The translations under genes were made by a program, and so were the position numbers. The notes beneath the pieces are model-generated. The model ran no database searches, was not told the origin of the DNA, and saw nothing but the letters and a program-made list of their open reading frames with translations. Shown piece after piece: positions 53,584 through 64,000 of a DNA stretch of 64,000 nt (positions are counted from its first letter, which is position 1; every line of letters begins with the position of its first letter). The DNA is from Podarcis melisellensis (taxonomy: Eukaryota), in the NCBI GenBank assembly GCA_964234715.1, contig OZ174280.1; one strand, given 5' to 3'.

Positions 53584-54375
53584 AATCAACCAAAGCCCTC
53601 TTGAAGTATTCTTCATCCATGTTAAATACATGCACAGGGAGCCCCCAAGAGCAAACATGCTAACTCCACTCCAGCGCCCTGCACAAGTTGGAGGGTGGCC
53701 TTCTGAAATGGAGAGCTTCCTATAATTGTATAGACTCCCCGTGCATTTTAGAACCTTGGTTTTTCCACAAGTACAGGAGGCGCCACCAGCACAATAAGTT
53801 TGCCCTCCCATTTGTGGAGGGCAACTGGAATGGTGCCAGTAAGTGGAGACACTAAACTTTTCCCCACATCCCCTCTCAGATGTTTACTTCTATCAGAAAA
53901 TGAACATGTGGAAAGGGCTTGGGAACCATAGTGGATAGCACATCTGCGGCTTCTATTTATATGTAACCTGGGAATGGTCACCAGGTCACACCTTCCCATT
54001 TCCCATCTGCAAAATATGAACAATATTTCATTGATCTTTCTTTATAGGTTGCTTTTCTTATATATGACCCAGTTCTCTATTCATGTTGATCACTCACTCA
54101 TACAATGAACAATCAATGCTGTATCTTCATTATGTGCTAAACAATTTTCAGGCACAGGAATATATAATATGTGTTGCAATAATTTAAGTTTCAAGGCTTA
54201 AACAGCACAGATAGATGACTTTTGGTCCCTATTAGACAAAAGATTCCCCTCAAAACTATTAATTAGATTGGTCATTAGATAATCTAATTGCTAGATAATA
54301 TTCCTTCTTATCAAAAGGCAAGCTATGATACACTATGCCTTATAACCACAGTGACTTTAGAATAGCTTTGTCAAG

Positions 54376-54642
54376 TGTGGACAAAAAGGATGCTGGTATT
54401 TGGGTATGGTGTGCGGACCAGGCCAGCGGGAGTGTAGGGTTAGAGCCAATGGCCCAGCCTGAAGCAGGTTCAGTTGCAGCTCAAATGTTTCAGGTATAAG
54501 GGCGGTATGTGGAGTCAGGGGCAGAGAGCAGCAGTCAAGAGATTAGTGTAAGCGTTTGAGGGAATAAACTATCTGAGTAGTAATGATTACACAGAGTTTT
54601 TCACCTGGGTAAAACCCGAATTAAAAGGGCATAGCCCCCACA
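54376..54642 (+). mobile_element. Short solo LTR
   Basis: TGTGG...CCACA ends; CAAG/AAAG flanks; CCAAT 54446, TATAA 54495 and AATAAA 54563 in U3-R order. Confidence 0.55.
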
Positions 54643-57635
54643 AAAGGTTTGTGCAATATGTGCTTACAGGAAGTCCCTGGTTACCCCTGCCACCAAGCAG
54701 CACATCTGTACATGATAGAAGTCCAACACAGTTCTGCTTAACACAATCCAGATTCCAATTGTGCCATATGCACAAAGCAAATAGTTGAAAGTCTGTAACT
54801 CAGACAAGTTTATTTGGATCATTTGGCAAAAGGAGTTTTGTCTGTTGGCTGGATGTTAATTGTATGTTTTCAGTGTGTACTTCTGTGAATATATCATCTT
54901 ACTTGTAAAAAGGTAGGCGAGTGTTCAACCAGCACAGGTTTGATGTTGTTGGGGTTTGTTGCTTTTACAGAGCGTTGGAAGTATTTTATTTTCTCTGTGA
55001 TGGCTTTCATATTCAACAACAGAGTCAAGTGTTTTTAATCAATATTAAAGGAAGATTTTAGCAATTCCCTCCAGAAACTATTTGGAACCAACGTTAGGTA
55101 ACTGTGTTGCCAGACCCAACTTCTGTTACAGCATGGAAATAGGCTCAGTTGGGGAAAGAACAAAAACAAGTCTTCATACTTGCAACAAAGATTTATTACT
55201 TTGTAATACAAGAGGGGAAGAACCATCAAAAACCTGGGTGGCTATCAAAGTGCTTAACTTTATGGTACCCGATCAAGATAAAATAATTGTTCTACCTAAC
55301 ACCATTACACTGACATTTTTCTACACTCATGCCACTTAATGAAAATAAAGGGTCACTTCTCCCTTTATAATGAACTACATCTTCAATATTTCAGAAAGAT
55401 TTTTATGTCTCATCGCCACCTCTGGGTTGTAAAATTCATGCCACTCCTCTGAGAGTCGCTGGGCAGTGGGCAGAAAGACAGAAACGGCAGGCAATATTTG
55501 GACTGCAGTATGTGTTCTGTTGCTTGACTGGTGGTCCTCATGCAGAACGAGAACTGGTGAAAGGACCTTTTTGGTGGTAACTCCACATCTGTTGAACACT
55601 GTGCCCAATGAAGTGTACCTAGCCACACCATTGTTTTCATCTAGAAAGTAAGTAAAATGCACTGCTTCTGGTAGATAGGCACTGTGATGGCAGGGACTGT
55701 GACTATAACAATTTATTAGTAGTTTGATTTTGATACTTGTATTATGAGATTCATTGAGATAATTGTTTTTAAGTTCTTATGTTGTAAACTGCCCCATGGC
55801 CTTTGGGTGAAGCCCAGTTCATTTCTTAATGAATAAATTGCAACTTGATCATGTATGCAAAGCATTTTGATTGAGCATTTCAAAACAAAATGAAAGTAGG
55901 CAAACACCAAGCAGGAGGAGGAGGATGGGTGCTCTGGTACATTTGAAAGAAATGCAAATGGTAGCTTCAAATGGTCCCAACACTCCCAACATGGGAGGCA
56001 TGAGCCTCAGGTTCCACCTGAGGGCACAATGCCAAGCACCCCCTCAAACCTAGAGCCAGTCCTGAATATAAGGCAGCATACTATGTTCCTATGCTACATC
56101 AACTGTCAGTACCCCACTGGAAGCAGCTGGTAATTGTCTGGGGCTTTTTTTCAGCTAGAACTCACCGGGATTCAGTTAGGACATCTCTCAGGTGGGTGCC
56201 ATTACCATTCTAATGGAATGAAGGAGGTGTTCATGATGAGTTCCGAACCTCTTTTTCCACTGCTAAAAAATGTTAAGACAACAGTAGCCTGTAAATAATA
56301 ATGTTTTCTCTAATAACTGTATTGATGAGGGGATGCTATTGGGACGCTCTTGTTTTTTACTGCACAGCATAGAGAACATGGGAAAGAGTGTTTCGAAACC
56401 CTGAAACACTCTATCTTCCCAGGTTGTGAACATCTGCACTAGAGTATCCTCGGGCTAAAAGTGGCATTAACATTTGTGTTTCACCCAAAGAATGGGACTA
56501 TTTAAATTCATGGGTTTGGGGGGGCTGGCGGCTTGTTTTTGACTCAGACACCTCAAGCTAATACACCCAGTCTGAACTGTGAGTCTTAAACAGATGACAG
56601 AAAATGAATTATTTCTTTGGACCCTGGGGGACCGTCTGTAATAGAACAAGGTTTGCACAATTTATTCCTGGATAAAGAAATACCTCCTTTTATCTTCCTT
56701 TCTATTTTTCCGGATCGCTGCCAAAATTGCCTCTATAATATATAATTTTTTTTAATTTAAAAATTCATTTTCATTTTTCAAGACATAGGGAGCTCACCAC
56801 CAGATAAGGAGCTCCATCTGTCTTGAAGAAAAAGGATACAGGATTTTTGTGTCACTAATCCGGTAACGTCTTAAATGATTGTGCCACTTAGAAATGCTTT
56901 CTTCATATTTATGAAATGATTATTTGACAGAGAGAGACATTTAATATTGTTAAAATAATTACTGTGCCTGTTTAATACATCAGTTTGAATTGTTATCAGG
57001 CAAACTATGAAATGTGGGATAATTTCATAAATAATTATAAAGCCTTTTACGAAATGGCACCTTAATGCAAAGCATTGTTGCTAATCCTTTTTTTTTATTC
57101 ACAAACACAGAAATAACAATTAGATTTATGAAATGAAGAAGGGCTGTATGTGGCACAAGAGAGAGTAGGCAAGAGTACAAGGCTGGAGTCCATCTTCTAC
57201 TGCATGTAAATCTCACCACTGGGAGAAAGGAAGCATCAGACCTTAAACTAATGTCCGTCACCTTGTTTTTCAATACATAGATTTTTATATCACAGTTTGC
57301 CTGCAGCTTTACTGAGATCCAGCTGAGGTTCTGTTTCTCTAGAAGTTAAAAACAAAACAAAAAGCCATTCTCAAGTTTTTTATGGATGGCTGCTCTGACT
57401 TCAACAGATATGTGACATTATCCAGTGCACTCTCATTCATAGTGACCTTTTACTAGCTATTTTTAGGGGAAACTACACAACACTTTATAGTAGCTCGAAG
57501 GGAGTGGTTAGAATGCTGCCTTGATATGAAACCATATACAAATATTTTATAATGAAATGTTGACCACTCCAAGTAGTTTGTCCATATATTTAAACACCAT
57601 ATATTGTAAAACAATAAAACCCATATAACTGATAT

Positions 57636-58437
57636 TGTCAGAGCTGCCCAAGGTCCCAGCTCACAGAGGACCAACGCCAGTTCTTGTTATATACAAAAGT
57701 CTTTATTAAGGTTCAGTTTCGATTCCAAAGCCGCGGCGCGCAGCTCTACGTCGCAACCCTAGACCGCTGAAGCTCCGTCTGAATCTCCTCCCCCCAGACA
57801 CCAGTTCAAGACCCTAGCCTTGCTCCACCTCCTCCTTTGCTCCTTTCTCCTCTGGGTCCTTCTGCCCGCTGGGGTGTTACCCTTTCTGGACTCTTCTGAT
57901 GCTGATGCTGACGAGTCCCCGGATTCTTCCCCCTGCCTCCGGCGTGCTTTAGGACCTGGCTCCCAGTCTGTGCTCCCGGCTGTCCCGCGCGCCTGTGCAT
58001 TTGAACTTGGCGCGCGCGCCCAGCCAGTAACCTTCCTCCTGACCGTTACACTGCTCCTTTCACTGCTTCCTCCTTCGGGGGGGGGGGCTAACTGGATCTG
58101 ACTTCCCCTCTATTCCCTCACTCAGCGACAGGGGCGTGGTCAGCCCTGACTCATCTTCTCTTTCCCCTGGAGTGGAAACCGGTCCTGACACCTGGGACTC
58201 TTCCCCCCCGCTACGCTCTGGTGGGGGTCACCGCTGGTTCCTTGCTTCTGGTGCCTCCCTCCCGGGAACCCCCTTGCTATGGCTATCGGTGCCCCCTTCT
58301 GGGAATCTTCCGAATCACTGGACAGACTCGTGGAATCTCTTGCCCCACTGTCATCCTCACCTACGCTGCCCTCGGATTGTTCCCCTTCGCTCTCCGCTTC
58401 CTCTTTCCCCTGTGCCTCTGCTCCTGAACCCCTGACA
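57636..58437 (-). mobile_element. Young solo LTR (Gypsy-like), 802 bp
   Basis: TGTCAG...CTGACA termini; perfect 5-bp TSD GATAT (57631-57635, 58438-58442); AATAAA on minus at 57702-57707; CpG-rich. Confidence 0.88.
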
Positions 58438-58685
58438 GATATAAACAGACTTACAACATAACAAAATAAATGAAGATGGCTCAGCACATGCAAATGTAAT
58501 ACCAATAAGAACTATCCTAAATAAAAGGGTTTTCAAAGCATGCTTTAAATGCATAGCCTGCATCCTAAGCACACTTAACTGAAGTTCAAGGAAGTAGAGT
58601 TTGCTATCCATTTCTCCACTCTATAACTATCTGCAACCTTGGGGGGGGGGTCAGAGGGAATGTATGGGAAGGAAGGAACAGGAAA

Positions 58686-58823
58686 CAGGAGTGCCAAGTT
58701 GGCTCCACAACCATGAATTGTGTCCAGAATTGTGGGTGCCCTGGCACCAAAAATTTATAGACACTTCATGGGGAATTGTGTGGGTGCTTGGGCACCCAGG
58801 GCCCCAGGGAGTTGGTGCCTATG
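58686..58823. mobile_element. hAT Tip100-like MITE
   Basis: CAGGAGTGCCAA ... AGTTGGTGCCTATG; TSD ACAGGAAA/ACAGGGAA; homologous to 63571-63686. Confidence 0.7.
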
Positions 58824-60619
58824 ACAGGGAATGTTCCTTCTGTAAATGCCCTTATCTTGGGATCCTAGACATAGAGAACAATGAAGCCTTCAGAACCAAG
58901 CAGCACCCTAACTTGAAACTAATCAAATTGATATTGTAACTGGCAAAGGATAACTATTTTATCTTACCAACTTTTACCATCCTGGCAGATGCATTTTGAA
59001 CCAATTGAAACTTCTGAGTTGTCTTTAAGAGTAGCCTCAAGTAGAGATCATTGCTGTCCAATCTGGATGTCACCAGAACATGCAAAACTGAAGCCAGGTC
59101 TCCTTTCTCCAGATAGGGAGAAAATCAGCCAAAGTGAATAGAAGGCACTACTGGTCACCAGTGCCCATTGAGCATATAAAGTTATCACTGGGTTCTGCAG
59201 AGTCCCCAAACCACAAACCTGGTCCTTTAAGGAGTGACTGTATCTTCTTCCAGAATGGCTTGTATATCCCCATCTTGTTTTGCATAATTTCCCACTAACC
59301 ATATTTCCATCGTGGCTGGATTAGGTTTAAGCTTTCTTTGCCCTCACCACACATTCAGTACTGTCTTCGGACAATGGTTCAAGCTTTCCACCCCTCCCTG
59401 GGATGGTATTGGAGGTGGGAGATGAGTGATTTCAGCATATTGGGTGGCCCTTCGGACCAATGGCTTCATGTAGATTACAAAAAGCATGGGTGACAAAATG
59501 GAACCCTGCAGTACCCCATAGGCAAAAGGTCATAGGGGCAGAGTACCATTCTCTCAGTATAAACTTCATGGGTCAATGCTTCAGGAAGTGCCAGAGACAC
59601 CAGAGCTGATTTCATTTGCTGCCCGGAAGTAAGAGCAGAGAAGCTCTCTTGACCTCCTTTCTCCATTTTTACTTTTGTTTTTCAAAAACTATTTCTCTCC
59701 CATTGGAAACAGTAGGAGGGAAATGAATGGGATTTATTTATGAGAGCACCTGGGATGATGTACTTTTTTTCTGGGTTTGGGGGCATGTTGGAGGACCAGG
59801 AAGGTATTGGATCCTTCAGATCAAGCCTTCCTCTAGTTCTCTGCCTACATGCGCCCAAACCTCCTCTGACAGGCCCCCTTTCTGGTGCTACTGACATCAG
59901 TGCTACAGTGTCAGTAGGGCCAGGGGCATGAAAGTTTCCACAATGGAGGAGAGGGGAAAGTTGACATTAAATCTTCCTCTCCTACATCAGAGCTCTCTCT
60001 CCTGTCTGTCTTGTCTGTCTGTCTGTCTAGCTAGCTAGCTACTTTACTAATATTTTGACATAGCCTGTGATTATTATACTTGCGTTTTGATGCTCTTATA
60101 AATTCCTTATGTGTCCCAGACTGCTGTCCTATCCATTTTGTTTATTGCCAGAGCCTGAAACTGCTAGTAAGGACTGATTCAGTACTTATTTGGGAGAAAA
60201 TGTACCACGAAAGGGTTAGATTTCTTGTCTAGTGTAAATCTCCTTGTTGATTATATACAAGCTTCTACTAGTCTGAAAATAACTCAGCAGGTTCTGATGA
60301 TGTTAACTTGTAATTTGGTGTCTGTCTTCAAAGTAACATTTAGTGACTGCTTTCACAGTTAGTTCTTCTGTTCTATACGTTGTGAATGTGAATTTTATTA
60401 TTTCAGTCACAGACCGTTCCAGCCCTCATACAATATCAAGAAAGTCATAAAACACAATAGGGATACATTTGAATTTGCAATTAGGTATAACAGGGACAAT
60501 ACAGATATAGCAACAGTTAAAAAATATATAAATTATAACTTAGCATTCTATACGTTTTAAAGTTGATACTTGCTTAATATGACACCAAGTAGTTAGGACA
60601 GGTGAGACAACCCTGGGAA

Positions 60620-60798
60620 CTGAGGTGCCAACTTGAATAAAATATTGGGGGGTAGCAGGTGAGCATCACCCTGCATGCTGTGATGCATGCACACAATTTG
60701 AATGGCAATACCCATCAACTTTGGGGAGGCCTGGCCCCCTGAAATATTTTATTGTGAGGGGCCAAAGACCCCTTGACCCCTAGGAGTTGGCTTCTATG
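60620..60798. mobile_element. hAT Tip100-like MITE
   Basis: AGGTGCCAACT ... AGTTGGCTTCTATG; duplicated CTGGGAA flanks. Confidence 0.7.
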
Positions 60799-63570
60799 CT
60801 GGGAATATGGCTGCAGGGTTTTCAAAAAAAATCCCTCATAAATGGAAATCATTAGTGCCCCACAAACAGTCCTCACTCCAAGATTGCCTGACACTTCCCA
60901 TAAGTCTCATATCTGGCCCAAAAGTTCTAATGCTTCCTTACCGCCTACACTACTGCTGCTGCTGCTACTAACCACCCCACTGTGGACAAAGGCTGTGAGT
61001 GAGCAAGTAACCCTATGAATCAGCCAAGTTCCTTCCTCTCCTTGCTTTTAGGAAATGGAATCCTAGCCATAAGGTGACTAGTTTAAATTGTGTACACACT
61101 GGGAAATCAATGCAGAAGATAATCCAGTGAACCTTGTCTGGCAATCAACCCAGAAGTTCAAAACTGGCCAGGCCAGCCACAAACCAGTAAGCTGGTGATC
61201 CTAGTGCCTTCCAAGTGGTGTTGTCCAACTACCATCAGCCTCAGCCATCATAGTAATCAGAAGTGTATTGCAGGGTGCTGTAGAATTTGCATTAGTAGGA
61301 CTATTTTCTTTCACACTAAATACCAAAGGAGGGAATGATGAGGGCTAGAAACATTTGGTTTTTTAAGACTGCTGAGATTCTCAGGTTGCCAAACTTCTGC
61401 AGCAGACACCATTTTTCTCCCCCAATAATGGTCACAGGTTCTGTAAATGAAACCCAGGAGGAATTGCATATTTTGAAAGAAATTTAGATGCTGTGCTTAA
61501 CATTATTCATGGGTTTTTCATGGAGGAAGCAAATGTTAATTCTTGTGTTAAAGAAATGTGTAAGTTTTTTTTTAGTTTTATTATTTTAGTAATGGTTTTC
61601 TCCTGATTTGCAAGAGAGCATCTGGAACTGTCAGCTGAGCAGTACATCACATCTTGGTGACGCTGTCACTGAGAGACATGGTGGAACGAAAACAAAAGAG
61701 GTGACAAATTGTGCCCCCCCTTCTCATAATTAGCCAAAATATCTCAGTATGAAGCAAAGCATGGCTCTTAATTAAGAGGCAGGCGGGAAGTTATTTTTCA
61801 AAAAATTGCCGTTCTCTCCCCCCAACCCTCAAATAATTATATTTGCAAGGGAGAATTATATTTCAGTTAGATGCACAGACTGAACGCCCAGTCCCCAGTG
61901 TAGCAATTAATATTTCACACCTGCTAAGCAGAGCGGTGGCAGAAGGAGAGAGGGGAATAGCATTGAAAAGGGAAGGTTGAAATGTGAGGGTCCAAGGTTT
62001 TTTAAGTGTGAAGTAGCAAAAAACTAAATGCCTTTTGTCACACAGCGAACTGTGAGGTGATACCATTGTTACTGAAGCCTGGACAGTGGGAAGAGGCTTT
62101 GTAAAAAAGAATGTCTGTGAAATAACGATTTGGGAGGAAATAGCCTCTGAGCTGGAGCATCTATAAGGATCAGATGGAACATCAGCTCTGAAATGAAAGG
62201 AAAAGCTTTCTGAAGATAGGTTTTATGATCAGCAAAAAGTACTGTGTGTGGTATCCTGAAGCCCTCATAGTCACTTGCTTCATTTTACCACATTGTTTGA
62301 GTGCTTTGAGATTTAAATACCACTTTCTTCCCAGACAACCCCCTCCATGCACATGCTTCATCACCCCATGATATAGGATGTGCTGTAAGCCTCATTAAAT
62401 GGCAATTTGCACAAGCAATAGGGGAGCTTGTATTCCAAGCAGAGTGATAGTGGGGGAAGGCCCCACATGGCCCATGTTAACAGTCCCACAGACAGCCGTC
62501 AAACTCAATGTCTGCACCTCAGACATGTTACCTCGCAAGTATCTTGTGTACTTCTGGTTCACGTTTCTTGTTTCTCCCATAACCGCAGCCTTGGACTCAA
62601 ACAGAAACCATACATTGCTCTCAAACATTGCTCTGTCTCTCTCTGTCTGTCTCCTATGCTGCTTTACCTCTAGGTCACATCACTGCCACTTTCAACTCTA
62701 AACTCAAGCTTTGTCCTAACTATCTCTGAGTTTTGGGAGGGATCTCACACTGAACCCATTTCCTTTGTTTCCCAACAGCCAGGCTATCACCTCAACACAG
62801 GAAACTAGCCTGGCTTATCTTTTAACACTTGCTGGATCCAGGGGCTTGAACGATCTCGCCTACAGCCTACTTCCCAACACAGCACCCCAACTCATAACAA
62901 TATAGACCTTTTGCAGCTTCCACTTCTAATTTGGCACATGCCATTTTCTTTTGGATTTCTCTGTAGAGAAGTCTTCAAGGTTCCTCTAGACTTCGGTCCA
63001 ACAAAAATGTATTGAATCTCAGTTAACAGGGGAAGAGTGAATGCCTTTATACTGTAATCTGTATATAATGCCCAGAGCATGCAGATACCTAGACAAATAG
63101 ATAGTGTGTGTGTATACAGTATGTGTGTGTGTGTGTGTGTACGCGCGCACTCAACAGGCATATATTGTGGACATAATTTAAGGAACTTCTAAATTTCACT
63201 ATGAGATATTGTAAATTTTACCTTCTGGTAGCATTTGCTAATGTGAAAATCACCAGAATTATATTTAACCACTTTCTAATATATTTCCATCTTACTGATG
63301 CAGACACTGATTTACACCTTAGTTAATGTTTATCACTGTGCTAAGCTCAAATGCATCAGAGATGTTACACATTTTGTGGACTGGTTAAGTCAATAAGATT
63401 AAGCTAGTTTAGACACAGAAGTGGGAATGTGTTTATTTGCTCGGTTTATTTTTCTGTCAAGTGCCTACATTGCATCACTCTGAAAACTTGATATTATCAT
63501 TTTCACAGATACCACATGTCCTTAGCACTATTCAAGTATTATTGCTTCCTTGTAGAGCAAGGGTGGGTGG

Positions 63571-63686
63571 CAAGAGTGCCAACTTGGCCCCTTGAGCATG
63601 CATGGCCTTGGCATCAAAATTTGTGGGTGCCTGGCCCCTTCGTGGGGAATTTTGTGGGTGCGGGTCCCAGGGAGTTGGCACCGATG
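63571..63686. mobile_element. hAT Tip100-like MITE
   Basis: CAAGAGTGCCAACT ... AGTTGGCACCGATG; GTGGG flanks; internal similarity to 58686-58823. Confidence 0.65.
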
Positions 63687-64000
63687 GTGGGAAGCCTCTG
63701 ATCCATGGGCCACATCTGGCACAGCACAGGCCCGAATTTGGTTGGTTAGACCACTTTATTCCAACATGTATTTATTTCAACAATTTGTATTCCACTTAAT
63801 CATAGTCATCTCTAAATATGTGATGTCGGTTGTAGGACAGGGAGAGATATGGCTAGATCAGCTGTGCAACCAGTTCCCCATGGGGACAGGATTACAAAGT
63901 TGATCCCTGCAGAAAGCAGATTGGCCAGTTCAATGCTTGGTGCCGGCAACCATAGTTTTGGCAAAGCCCCTTGCGCTGTGGTTCTCAAGTGCCCAACAAC

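Noticed and set aside
58140-58505. Acidic 121-aa ORF and neighbouring ORFs
   Set aside because: They lie in a GC-skewed solo LTR, this one starts outside the element, and no domain is recognisable.
30000-64000. Exons of a neighbouring gene such as CD34
   Set aside because: No recognisable coding exons on either strand; small or divergent exons cannot be fully excluded.

Overview
Vertebrate genomic DNA, most likely a squamate (lacertid-like lizard, inferred from Sauria-type SINEs and CR1/L2/hAT repeats). The + strand carries the last six coding exons of a plexin-A gene that I recognise as PLXNA2 (4592-20476). All introns are GT-AG with consistent phases, and the exons encode the end of the RBD and the C-terminal GAP segment, ending ...[12 protein letters not shown] probably very long 3' UTR follows, with candidate poly(A) signals at 22033 and 29821. 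The rest (about 30-64 kb) is intergenic: SINEs, LINE fragments, hAT-type MITEs, solo LTRs, a Penelope-like palindromic remnant, microsatellites and several enhancer-like blocks. There is a 154-N gap at 16738-16891. Nearly all ORF-track entries are spurious. Best leads: (1) a CpG-retaining ~104-nt stem-loop in the distal putative 3' UTR; (2) a perfect 71-bp Penelope-like inverted repeat between two (AT)22 tracts; (3) an array of five AGGCCGC-N-GCGGCCT hairpins at 34.4-34.6 kb; (4) an in-frame tandem splice acceptor adding ASFSSCP. Repeat family names come from pattern recognition, not database searches. I found no clearly novel multi-gene system.
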